Assembly: GCA_018817165.1 (NCBI GenBank)
Contig: JAHITY010000088.1
Coordinates: 2,866-66,865 of the forward strand
Direction: 5' to 3'
Source of the DNA: Candidatus Omnitrophota bacterium
Lineage (GTDB): Bacteria; Omnitrophota; Gorgyraeia; B26-G9
Length of the DNA stretch: 64,000 bases
In this document: positions 48,023 through 57,150 of the stretch, piece by piece
Numbering within the stretch: the first letter of the stretch is position 1
Layout: every line of letters begins with the position of its first letter
Position numbers and translations under genes: made by a program
Notes under the pieces: model-generated
The model's database searches: none
Seen by the model: the letters and a program-made list of their open reading frames with translations, nothing else
What the model was told of the DNA's origin: nothing

Positions 48023-48964
48023 TTAATTTCCAAAAATATCTCCGCCCTTAAGATTATGCCCATTTACAAAATCATAGGCATTCATTGCTTTTTTACCTTC
48101 TAACTGTAAACTCTCGATCAACAAAGCTTGACTGCCGGTCATAACCACAATCCCCGCATGCTTTTCAATTTGCACAATTTCTCCAGGAATTTGAGCAGTA
48201 TTTTCCAAGCGATCAAAAGCCAGCACCTTAGTTTTAAGGATTTTTAATAATTTACCTTTATAATGAGTAAAGGCACAGGGCCAAGGCAATAAGCCTCTTA
48301 CTTTATTATGAATACAATCAGCCGAATCACGCCAATCGATCAACCCATTTTCTTTTTTTAATTTTTTCGCCACACTAACTTTACTCTGGTCTTGGGGGAC
48401 GAATTTTTCCTGATTTTTTTCAATCAAGTCAATTGACTCAAGCAATGCCTCAGCTCCGAGTACAGCCAGCTTATCCAATAAAACCACCGCGTCATCATCA
48501 TTGATTTCTAGGCTTTTTGATAAAACAATATCTCCTCCGTCCATTGTTTCATTCATCTTCATAATCGTAACACCACTGAGCTTATCGCCATTAATAATCG
48601 CGTAATTTATCGGTGCAGCTCCTCGCCATTTTGGCAAAAGCGAAGAATGCACATTCAGACAAAATTCCCGGGGAATCTCAAGCAATTGATTGCTTAGTTT
48701 CTGTCCAAAACTAACCACCACAAACAAATCCGCGTTAAAACTTTTCAATTGTTCGACGATCTCCGGAGCGCTGACTATTTCCGGCTGGAAAATCGGCAAA
48801 TTATATTCTTCAGCATAAATTTTAACAGGCGTCTTACTGAGTAATAGATTTCTCCCCTTTTTTCGATCCGGCTGTGTATAAACCGCAAGCAGCTGATGCT
48901 TTTGCCGCAAAGCTTTTAAACTTGCCAGAGAAAAATCCGATGAACCAAAAAAAACTATTTTCAT
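48023..48964 (-). CDS. fmt: Methionyl-tRNA formyltransferase
   Basis: Carries HSSLLPKWRGAAPI and a C-terminal Fmt_C domain. Confidence 0.9.
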   Translation of the reverse strand: MKIVFFGSSDFSLASLKALRQKHQLLAVYTQPDRKKGRNLLLSKTPVKIYAEEYNLPIFQPEIVSAPEIVEQLKSFNADLFVVVSFGQKLSNQLLEIPREFCLNVHSSLLPKWRGAAPINYAIINGDKLSGVTIMKMNETMDGGDIVLSKSLEINDDDAVVLLDKLAVLGAEALLESIDLIEKNQEKFVPQDQSKVSVAKKLKKENGLIDWRDSADCIHNKVRGLLPWPCAFTHYKGKLLKILKTKVLAFDRLENTAQIPGEIVQIEKHAGIVVMTGSQALLIESLQLEGKKAMNAYDFVNGHNLKGGDIFGN

Positions 48965-49195
48965 AAAATATCTCTATTGCCTTCTGTTCCTAGCGTATAG
49001 CGATTTTTAAAAGTCACAAGGACACAAAGTCGCCAGGTTTATATTTCATTTAATTGCTCTAATTAACCTAATTATTCTAATTTCTAAACAATTACCAATG
49101 ATATTAATTCTCAAAAATTATTTTAGTTTGTTAACTTTTTTAAGTTAGGTCAATTAGAAATTAGTAATTATTTTTCTGTCTTCTGTTCTCTTTGT

Positions 49196-49224
49196 TTGAC
49201 AATCCCGCTTATTTTACTTACAAT
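49196..49224 (+). promoter_or_regulatory. Consensus sigma-70 promoter (TTGACA, a 17-nt spacer, TACAAT) that likely drives leaderless expression of the TPR gene
   Basis: The -35 TTGACA lies at 49196..49201 and the -10 TACAAT at 49219..49224. The ATG at 49232 is about 7-8 nt downstream of the -10. Confidence 0.5.
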
Positions 49225-49231
49225 ACACATT

Positions 49232-49840
49232 ATGGAAAATGATAAAAATACTCTAGATAACGAATTCTATGAAAAAGCCGTCTCTTTATACAGAAAAAAA
49301 AACTACGCCTATGCCATTGAGTTATTAACTCAAGTCCTTCAAGAAAATCCTGAACATCAAGATTGCCAGCGTTATCTATGGGACTGTATCCGTCAAAAAA
49401 ATGCTCTGATCAAACAATCACTTTCATCAATAATAATTAAAAAACTAAAAATATTCATCTTAACTATAAAATTTTTAATTATCAGTATAAACCAAACAAA
49501 TGATCAAACCCTAGAGCTTATCAAAAAAATAATTCTCCTTGATCCTAATAATATCTCTGCATTATTTAAACTATCCGCTGAGTACTCCAAGTTAAATAAA
49601 AATATTCTAAAAATAACCGCATTAGAAGAAATTATACACATTGATAAAAATAACCTTTTGGCTTTAAAAATATTAGCTGATATCTATTATACGCAAAAAA
49701 CTTATGAAAAAGCAAAAGTTATAGCAATGAAAGTTTTAAAACTCTCTCCCCGCTATCTGCCGGCAGAAACTATTTTAAATGACATTTCCGCCTTAGGAAC
49801 AATTGAAAAAGGGTTTGATGAAATTAAACCCGCCACATAA
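49232..49840 (+). CDS. TPR-repeat protein, the only plus-strand gene in the window
   Basis: TPR-like helices (YEKAVSLYRKKNYAYAIELLTQVLQENPEH; LALKILADIYYTQKTYEKAKVIAMKVLKLSP). The track ORF start at 49196 overlaps the promoter, so the ATG at 49232 is preferred. Confidence 0.5.
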   Translation: MENDKNTLDNEFYEKAVSLYRKKNYAYAIELLTQVLQENPEHQDCQRYLWDCIRQKNALIKQSLSSIIIKKLKIFILTIKFLIISINQTNDQTLELIKKIILLDPNNISALFKLSAEYSKLNKNILKITALEEIIHIDKNNLLALKILADIYYTQKTYEKAKVIAMKVLKLSPRYLPAETILNDISALGTIEKGFDEIKPAT

Positions 49841-49959
49841 ACCAGCGTATAGAAATTAGCGTTTAGCGAATAGAAAAACAAAAAGATTTGTTTACTCTAA
49901 ACTCTATACGCCATTTTTAGCTTTTGCTCTTCCTAAACGCTAAACGCTAATCCCTGCTT

Positions 49960-51981
49960 TTAAATCACCATTCTCGGATCAACATCAATTGCCAACTTTA
50001 TTTTTGACGGCAACTTATTATCTTTTAATAATTCTTTAATTAATTTATTCGTGTTTAAAATATCCGCCGTATTCAGAATCAGCCCACAGCGAAAATAACC
50101 TTTTAATTTATAAATCGGCATGGGCATCGGTCCAATCATGCTTATTTCTAAACCCTTAATTTTCAGCATTAATTTTTGGCCAAGATTTTCCGCAGCGGAA
50201 ATAACAGCCTTTTCCTCTTTTGAACGAAGAACAATACTGATTAGATGCGAAAATGGTGGAAGGTTCAGCTGTTTTCTGAACAATAGTTCCTTTTCATAAA
50301 AAACCTTATAATCATGATTAATCGCGCATTCTATTGCATAATGATCCGGAGTATAAGTTTGGATAATCACCTTACCGGCTATTTTACCTCTTCCGGCCCG
50401 TCCAGCAACTTGGGTTAAAAGCGAAAAAGTTCTTTCCGAGGCCCGAAAATCCGGAAGATTCAAACTTATATCAGCGGAAATAACCCCCACCAAAGTAACA
50501 TTTGGGAAATCTAAACCTTTAGCCAACATTTGAGTCCCAACTAGAATATCGATTTTTTTATTTTTAAAATCATCTAATGCTTCAAAATGTGCTGTTTTTT
50601 TACGCATAGAATCAGAATCCATCCGCGCTATCCTTGCTAATGGAAAAATTCTGCTCAGTTCACTTTCCACTTTTTGCGTTCCAGTACCTAAATAATTAAT
50701 ACTACTACCACTGCATTTAGGGCATATCTGCACCGCTTGCTGCATATAGCTGCAATGATGGCAAACAAGACACTTTTTATCTGAATGATACACCAAGGAT
50801 AGATTACATTTAGGGCATTGGAGAACATATCCGCATTTATTGCAATTAACAAATGTAGAAAAACCCCGGCGATTAAGGAAAATAATTATTTGCTCTTTAT
50901 TTTTCAAACAACGACTTATGTTATCTTCCAGGACTTTGGAAAGAATCGGCAAACGCTTGAAGCGAGTTGACTGATTACTCATATCCACAATTTGGACCTG
51001 AGGTAATTCGCTGCCCTTTATTCTTTCCGGTAGTTCAATCAACTCAAAATCACCCTTTTTTGCCGCATAGTTTGATTCTAGACTAGGAGTTGCACTGCCT
51101 AAGATCACTGTTGCTTGAGCGATTTGCGCCCGCTTTATCGCCGTATTGATCAAATGATACCGCGGGGTATCTTCTTGTTTATATGTATTTTCATGTTCTT
51201 CATCAACCACAATCAATCCCAGGTTTTTCAAAGGACTGAATATCGCCGAACGCGGGCCGATCACAATTTTTGCCTGTCCACTTTTAATTCTCTGCCACTG
51301 AATGAATTTCTCGCCAGCACTTAAACGGCTATGTACCAGCGCGATTTTTTCTTTACCAAACTTTTCCGTAAACCACTGTACAGTCTGAGGCGTAAGCGCA
51401 ATTTCCGGAATAAAAACCAACACATCGCGCCCTTGCTTTAAAGTTTGCTCAATTGCTCCAAAATAAACCTCAGTTTTACCACTAGCAGTAATTCCATGCA
51501 ATAAAAAAACATTAAATTCCCGCTTAACAATACTTTGGTTTAATTGCAGCAAAGCTTTGGTTTGATAACTAGTAAGAATATTTTTCACTACTTTTTTTTC
51601 ATAATCAATCCCAGGCATCAACTGGCTGGCCAGCCGGGGTTTAATTGAAGTCTTTCCTTTTTTAAACGGCATGGCAATAGCAGCATCAATTGCCTCGCCC
51701 CAGGAGCATAAATAATAATCGGCAATCCAACGAGTCAGCTCAAGTATTTCCGAAGATAGTATGGGCTCTTTATCAATAACTGATTTGATCTCTTTAATCC
51801 GGGTAATCGCGGTAGAAGCACTGATCCCCACAATAAAACCAACAATTGTTCTATTACCAAAGGAAATCCAGACTCTTTTGCCGATCTTAACTAAAGGCTG
51901 TAAAGCTTGCGGAACTGAATAATCAAAAACATCATTCAAAGGTAAATTAATCGCGACTTGCACAAATTTATTTTCAGACAT
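49960..51981 (-). CDS. priA: Primosomal protein N' (PriA helicase)
   Basis: Walker A GITASGKT, DEEHE and Cys-rich zinc fingers (CNKCGY...CPKC...CHHC...CPKC). Confidence 0.9.
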   Translation of the reverse strand: MSENKFVQVAINLPLNDVFDYSVPQALQPLVKIGKRVWISFGNRTIVGFIVGISASTAITRIKEIKSVIDKEPILSSEILELTRWIADYYLCSWGEAIDAAIAMPFKKGKTSIKPRLASQLMPGIDYEKKVVKNILTSYQTKALLQLNQSIVKREFNVFLLHGITASGKTEVYFGAIEQTLKQGRDVLVFIPEIALTPQTVQWFTEKFGKEKIALVHSRLSAGEKFIQWQRIKSGQAKIVIGPRSAIFSPLKNLGLIVVDEEHENTYKQEDTPRYHLINTAIKRAQIAQATVILGSATPSLESNYAAKKGDFELIELPERIKGSELPQVQIVDMSNQSTRFKRLPILSKVLEDNISRCLKNKEQIIIFLNRRGFSTFVNCNKCGYVLQCPKCNLSLVYHSDKKCLVCHHCSYMQQAVQICPKCSGSSINYLGTGTQKVESELSRIFPLARIARMDSDSMRKKTAHFEALDDFKNKKIDILVGTQMLAKGLDFPNVTLVGVISADISLNLPDFRASERTFSLLTQVAGRAGRGKIAGKVIIQTYTPDHYAIECAINHDYKVFYEKELLFRKQLNLPPFSHLISIVLRSKEEKAVISAAENLGQKLMLKIKGLEISMIGPMPMPIYKLKGYFRCGLILNTADILNTNKLIKELLKDNKLPSKIKLAIDVDPRMVI

Positions 51982-52021
51982 ATTTTCACATTTCTATTCT
52001 AAAAACGATTAAAACAATTAC

Positions 52022-52519
52022 TTATCCGGCAAATAATCCCTGAACCCCAACTGTAAGTAAAGTTACAATACAAGCGGCAATAAAAACTCCCAAACTAATC
52101 GCGAAAAATGAATCTCTTTTATTTAAGCCAAATAAAAAAGCGGCAATTGCTCCTGTCCAAGCTCCGGTCATCGGCAAAGGAATTGCCACTAAAATCACTA
52201 ATCCTAAAAGTTCGTATTGTTCAACAACTTTTGATCTTTTTCTCGTGCGGTCAAATAGCCAATCAAAAAATCTGTCCAGGACTTTGACTTTTCTTAATAA
52301 TTTCGCGATGGGCTCAAGCAAATATAAAAGCGGCAATACCGGAAGCATATTCCCCAGCAATGAATAGAAAAAAACCGTTTTAATCCCCATGCCCATTTTA
52401 ACAATGCCATAAGGAATTGCCAAGCGCAATTCAACAACCGGCATAGCGGCGATAATCGTAATTATCCATTCCGGAGAAAGTCCGTTTAAAAAAATCACCA
52501 ATTTATCAGTAATCATCAC
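52022..52519 (-). CDS. Small integral membrane protein (COG2426-like)
   Basis: Four to five predicted transmembrane helices. No motifs. Confidence 0.45.
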   Translation of the reverse strand: MMITDKLVIFLNGLSPEWIITIIAAMPVVELRLAIPYGIVKMGMGIKTVFFYSLLGNMLPVLPLLYLLEPIAKLLRKVKVLDRFFDWLFDRTRKRSKVVEQYELLGLVILVAIPLPMTGAWTGAIAAFLFGLNKRDSFFAISLGVFIAACIVTLLTVGVQGLFAG

Positions 52520-53156
52520 TCTGCCATCCTTTTTCCCCGATCAGCGGCACAAAAACACAACCGCATTTTCCTGTTTTAAAAATCTGATTATTTTTTTTCT
52601 CAAACAATGTGAGTGTTTGCAAAGACTTGTCGCCGATTGGTATGATTAATTTACCATTATCCTTTAATTGTTCAAGTAAAGGCATTGGCACTTGCGGCGC
52701 GGCGGCTGTGGCAATAATCGCGTCATACGGTTGAAATTGAGCTAAACCTAATGTGCCGTCACCGATATACGCCCGGATATTATTAATTCCCATAAGTTTA
52801 AATCTTGCTTGAGCCTGCACAGACAAATGCTCAATTCGCTCAATAGTATACACTTGTTTAACCAAAGCAGCTAAAATTGCCGTCTGATATCCTGAACCAG
52901 TACCTAATTCTAACACTGTTTCATTACCCTTAAATTCCAACAGCTCGGTCATCAAAGCAACCATATACGGCTGGGATATGGTCTGTCCAGCGCCGATGGG
53001 CAAAGGACAATCATCATAAGCGGAATTAATCAATTCCACAGCAACAAATTCATGCCGCGGCAACTCAGAAAATACAGCAAGAACACGTTCATTTTTTATC
53101 CCGCGCCCGATCAGCTGAATTTGAACCATCTGTTTTCTTTTATCAATAAAATTCAT
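52506..53156 (-). CDS. pcm: Protein-L-isoaspartate O-methyltransferase
   Basis: Carries GQTISQP and VLELGTGSGYQ. Confidence 0.85.
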   Translation of the reverse strand: MNFIDKRKQMVQIQLIGRGIKNERVLAVFSELPRHEFVAVELINSAYDDCPLPIGAGQTISQPYMVALMTELLEFKGNETVLELGTGSGYQTAILAALVKQVYTIERIEHLSVQAQARFKLMGINNIRAYIGDGTLGLAQFQPYDAIIATAAAPQVPMPLLEQLKDNGKLIIPIGDKSLQTLTLFEKKNNQIFKTGKCGCVFVPLIGEKGWQSDDY

Positions 53157-53158
53157 TT

Positions 53159-53830
53159 TTATTTACTGAACATACTTTTTATAATTAAATTGCAAAATCT
53201 AATTGTATCAGAAATCGGATCTATCAAGCTACGATTGTTAGTATATATACTTTTAATCGGAATTGATTCGATTTTATATTCATGCTTTGCCGCTTGGATC
53301 AGAATCTCGGATTCTGTATCGTATTTAGCAGTCAAGAGATTAAGTTTTTCCAGCACTGAACCGCGAATCAATCTAAACCCACATTGACTATCTGGAATTT
53401 TTGTTCGGGTAATCATTGAAATCAACAAAGAAGTAAAGTTATTTGTTAACCTGCGCAGTAAAGGCATGCCTTGCGGATCCCCCATCCGATTACCAATTAT
53501 TATATCCGCGTCAGAACTCAAAGCATAATTAATAAACTTATTTATCTCCTGCGGCAAATGCTGTCCATCAGTATCCATAATTATCACAGCATCATAATCT
53601 TTGCTCTGGATAAACTTAAAGCCAGTGCGCAGGGCCTGGCCTTTACCTTTATTCTCCTCATGGCTAATCACAATAGCTTGTGCTTGTCTGGCAATATCCG
53701 CGCTATTATCATTCGATCCATCATCAACAACAATAACATCCAAGCCATAGGCCCGAATCTGATTTATTATCTTGCCTATTTCTTTTTCTTCATTATAAGC
53801 CGGAAGTAAAACACAAACTTTCATGATCAT
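53159..53830 (-). CDS. Family-2 glycosyltransferase (polyprenyl-phosphate sugar synthase-like)
   Basis: Carries LPAYNEE...VVDDGS...DTDGQH. Confidence 0.8.
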   Translation of the reverse strand: MIMKVCVLLPAYNEEKEIGKIINQIRAYGLDVIVVDDGSNDNSADIARQAQAIVISHEENKGKGQALRTGFKFIQSKDYDAVIIMDTDGQHLPQEINKFINYALSSDADIIIGNRMGDPQGMPLLRRLTNNFTSLLISMITRTKIPDSQCGFRLIRGSVLEKLNLLTAKYDTESEILIQAAKHEYKIESIPIKSIYTNNRSLIDPISDTIRFCNLIIKSMFSK

Positions 53831-54050
53831 TCACTTAACGGTTCAGGTTGCAACTAAGTCAATTTTACAGTTATAGCTTTAAAAGGTTACGGTCAGGGTT
53901 ACGATGCCCGTTTCGGCTTACGGTAACGGCTGTCGTCTTAAAATTTATTGTTTTTAGCCTAAACCGTTTAACGTTACCGATACGGGTTTCGTTACCATTA
54001 AACCTTGCCGAGTGTCGACACATATCTGTTATTGCACAGCTCTGCGATTT

Positions 54051-54932
54051 CTAAACTACTTCTGATTTGCCTGCTTTCCAAAATTCATGAAACATAAACC
54101 ATTGTTTTGGATATTTTTTAATTGTTCGTTCAATCACCTTCACATACTGCTCAGTAATTTTTCTAATATCAGCCTGTTCATCGCCGGTATATTCCGGATA
54201 AATCGGCTGTTCAAAAATATACTTAAAATATTGATCATCTTTTTCATCCCGGATCACAAAAGCCGGAATAATTGCCGCTTTTGTCCGCAGACTTAAAACC
54301 GCCGGACCTTTGGGAGCGAGCATTGTTTTTGAGAAAAAATCAACCGGGATTCCGTTTTCTCCGGAAAAATCCCGATCACCTAATATTCCCACAATTTCAT
54401 TGCGTTTTAATGCCGCAAAACATTTGCGCACGCTGACTCCCACGGGAATAACATTAACTCCCTTGCTTTGCCTTTGCTCCGAGAAAAAATCATCTATCTT
54501 GCTGTTCGTATGAGTTAAAGCCACGGCATTCATCTTATAACCCATAATTCCCATAACCTGCGCGCAAAGTTCCCAATTACCCAGATGTGCTGTCAAACCA
54601 ATAACGCCATTACCTTTTTTCAGCGCTTCGTCCATATAATGCAGGTTCTCAATTTTTATAAATTCTTCAACAAACTGCTTATCGACTTTTGCCGCCCGGA
54701 AAAAATCTACCAGGTATCTGCCAAAATTAGCATAGATAAACCGCGGATATTTAACCAGATTAGGAGCATCTTCACCAACAATGCACTTAAGATTTCCCAT
54801 CATTGCTCTGCGCTCAGCCCGGCTAAAAAAGAATTTAAAGCCCGTAATAAAAACACTGATGCGATAACCTAATTTGCGGGGGATAAATAGAGCAATAGAT
54901 TGACCGATTCTATATAAAAAGTACAATATCAT
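54051..54932 (-). CDS. Lipid A biosynthesis (Kdo2-lipid IVA) acyltransferase, LpxL/HtrB family
   Basis: Carries the HLGNWE motif and has the family's typical length. Confidence 0.7.
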   Translation of the reverse strand: MILYFLYRIGQSIALFIPRKLGYRISVFITGFKFFFSRAERRAMMGNLKCIVGEDAPNLVKYPRFIYANFGRYLVDFFRAAKVDKQFVEEFIKIENLHYMDEALKKGNGVIGLTAHLGNWELCAQVMGIMGYKMNAVALTHTNSKIDDFFSEQRQSKGVNVIPVGVSVRKCFAALKRNEIVGILGDRDFSGENGIPVDFFSKTMLAPKGPAVLSLRTKAAIIPAFVIRDEKDDQYFKYIFEQPIYPEYTGDEQADIRKITEQYVKVIERTIKKYPKQWFMFHEFWKAGKSEVV

Positions 54933-54941
54933 TGATCTGTA

Positions 54942-56129
54942 TTATTTCTTTGTTTTTTTTTCTATTAGGTCTAGAATAAGATCAGCAGCCTTAATCGCCG
55001 ATTGCGGCTGTGCGTGTTTTTGTGTATTCAGCTTCATTTGCTCTAACTTTTCTGGATTGTTTAACAGATCTTCAATTAATACCGCGGCATCCAGAGGATT
55101 TTTTGCTTTAACTGCCACGCCTTCGCTGAGTAAAAATTCTGTGTTTTTCGCTTCTTGTCCCGGAATCGGATTAACAATTACCAATGGAAGATTTTTAGTA
55201 AGCGCTTCCGCGGTTGTTAATCCCCCAGGCTTGGTAACCACTAAGTCGGAGATATCCATCAGCATTTCAACTTCTTTGGTATAACCCAGTACTGCCATTT
55301 TCTTTCTGAATAAAAGTTTTCTTTTTTCCAGCCAGCCGCGCAGCTTTTTATTTGTTCCACAAATCACAATAATCTGAAAAGGTTTTTCAATTGTATTTAC
55401 CGCGTAGATCAAGTCTTCGATCGGACCTAAACCCTGGCCGCCGCCCATAATCAGAATAGTGGTTAAATCATCATTTAATCTCAGACTTCTTCGCGTAGCC
55501 TCTTTATTCGTTGATTTAAAAAATTTAGGACTTATGGGTATTCCATAAGAAAAAACCCGGTCTTTTTCAATCCCGCTGCTGACAAAACGTTTTTTACATT
55601 GTTTACTGGGCACAATATAGGCAGTTACATTATCATACATCCAATAAGAATGCGGCGCGTAATCAGTTAATACTCCGATCAAAGCAAAATCCCGTTTACT
55701 TTTCTTTTTATAATCAGCAACCATGCCGCAGGGAAATGCCTGAGAACAAGCAACAACGTCTGGATTGAATTTAGATATCAATTTTTCCAATTTCTTTGAA
55801 TTTAATTTATGAATAAGTTTACGAAATCTGCGAGTCCGGCGGACAACTTTGGGATTATCATAAAGATATTCCCAAACCTCAGGCTTTATTTTAATAACTT
55901 TATTGTAAATGCTATTAATTACCTTTTCCAGTACGGGATTTGTGTAGTTAAAACAGTTCATATTCATAACTTTCACATCCGTACGCGCCAGATATAAAGC
56001 TTCTTCTATCGCCTTGGTAGCACGATGATGCCCTGAATTATTGGATATATATAGTAATAATACTCTTTTCATAGCTCTCTTGGTTGATAATAGATAATAC
56101 ATATTATCATAAAAAAACTCAGATATCAA
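54942..56129 (-). CDS. MGDG-synthase/UgtP-like diacylglycerol glycosyltransferase (GT28). The start is probably M20 (about 56072).
   Basis: An N-terminal MGDG_synth-like region and a C-terminal GT28 (VVTKPGGLTTAEALTKNLPLVIVNPIPGQEAKN). Confidence 0.7.
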   Translation of the reverse strand: MISEFFYDNMYYLLSTKRAMKRVLLLYISNNSGHHRATKAIEEALYLARTDVKVMNMNCFNYTNPVLEKVINSIYNKVIKIKPEVWEYLYDNPKVVRRTRRFRKLIHKLNSKKLEKLISKFNPDVVACSQAFPCGMVADYKKKSKRDFALIGVLTDYAPHSYWMYDNVTAYIVPSKQCKKRFVSSGIEKDRVFSYGIPISPKFFKSTNKEATRRSLRLNDDLTTILIMGGGQGLGPIEDLIYAVNTIEKPFQIIVICGTNKKLRGWLEKRKLLFRKKMAVLGYTKEVEMLMDISDLVVTKPGGLTTAEALTKNLPLVIVNPIPGQEAKNTEFLLSEGVAVKAKNPLDAAVLIEDLLNNPEKLEQMKLNTQKHAQPQSAIKAADLILDLIEKKTKK

Positions 56130-56149
56130 GAAATCACATGCTTTACGAA

Positions 56150-56188
56150 AAAATCCTCAGCCAAATCCGGTTTGCTGAGGATTTTTTT
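56150..56188 (-). terminator. Bidirectional rho-independent terminator downstream of mtnP
   Basis: A stem aatcctcag/ctgaggatt flanked by an A-run and a T-run. Confidence 0.55.
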
Positions 56189-56209
56189 AAAAATAAAGCT
56201 CTATATTTT

Positions 56210-57070
56210 CTACTTGATATACTTTGATATCAATAACTTAACTTTTTCCAACGCTTGCACAGGCATAGCATCGGGAGAAGTAATAATCGCGCAGGCCAAA
56301 GCATCCTGACAGGAACAAGTTATCGCTCGATCCATCATGGGAATTATTTTTCGAATAAATTCCTTAGCATTTTCTGAATTAGCGGTTAAATTAGCAATAA
56401 CTTTTTCCACACTAACTTCTTCATCTGCTTTCCAAACATCATAATCAGTGACCAAAGCCACAGTGGTATAACACATCTCAGCTTCCCGAGCCAGCTTAGC
56501 TTCTGGCAAAGCTGTCATCCCAATTATCGAAAAGCCCAACTGGCGATAAACATTTGACTCCGCGCGAGTAGAAAACTGCGGGCCTTCCATGCAAACATAG
56601 GTTCCGCCTTTGTGCACGGTTATTCCCACAGCTTTAGCCGCATCCAGCGCTAATTTACTCAAATCCGGACAATACGGATCAGCAAAACCAACATGCGCCA
56701 CAATGCCCTCATTAAAAAAAGTCGATACCCTTTGCTTTGTTCGGTCAAACAACTGATCCGGAATAACAAAATCCCGGGGTTTGAGTTCTTCTTTCAAACT
56801 ACCCACAGCGGAAATTGATAAAACCTGTTCAACTCCGATTTTTTTCAAAGCATATATATTCGCGCGAAAATTCAACTCAGATGGCGCGATTTTATGTCCC
56901 CGGCCATGACGCGGTAAAAAAGCAAACCGCACACCTTCTAAAGTACCGATAATAAGCTTATCTGATGTTTTACCATAAGGCGTCTCTACCTCAATAGTTT
57001 CCACATCCTTAATTGCTTCAATATCATAAATACCGCTTCCCCCAATAATCGCGATTTTCACCTTTTCCAT
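56210..57070 (-). CDS. mtnP: S-methyl-5'-thioadenosine phosphorylase
   Basis: PNP_UDP_1 family. Carries IIGGSGIY and GMTALPEAKLAREAE. Confidence 0.85.
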   Translation of the reverse strand: MEKVKIAIIGGSGIYDIEAIKDVETIEVETPYGKTSDKLIIGTLEGVRFAFLPRHGRGHKIAPSELNFRANIYALKKIGVEQVLSISAVGSLKEELKPRDFVIPDQLFDRTKQRVSTFFNEGIVAHVGFADPYCPDLSKLALDAAKAVGITVHKGGTYVCMEGPQFSTRAESNVYRQLGFSIIGMTALPEAKLAREAEMCYTTVALVTDYDVWKADEEVSVEKVIANLTANSENAKEFIRKIIPMMDRAITCSCQDALACAIITSPDAMPVQALEKVKLLISKYIK

Positions 57071-57150
57071 CTCATTTTCCTTTTTTATTTTTTAAGCTTT
57101 TTCATCAGCCATGAGCTATGAGCCATGAGCAACTAATGCAGCGCGCTGCA

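Noticed and set aside
53848-54054. Plus-strand 68-aa ORF in the GTTAC-repeat segment
   Set aside because: It arises from the GC-rich repeat segment, is Arg/Leu-rich, and has no RBS or motifs. It is more likely non-coding.
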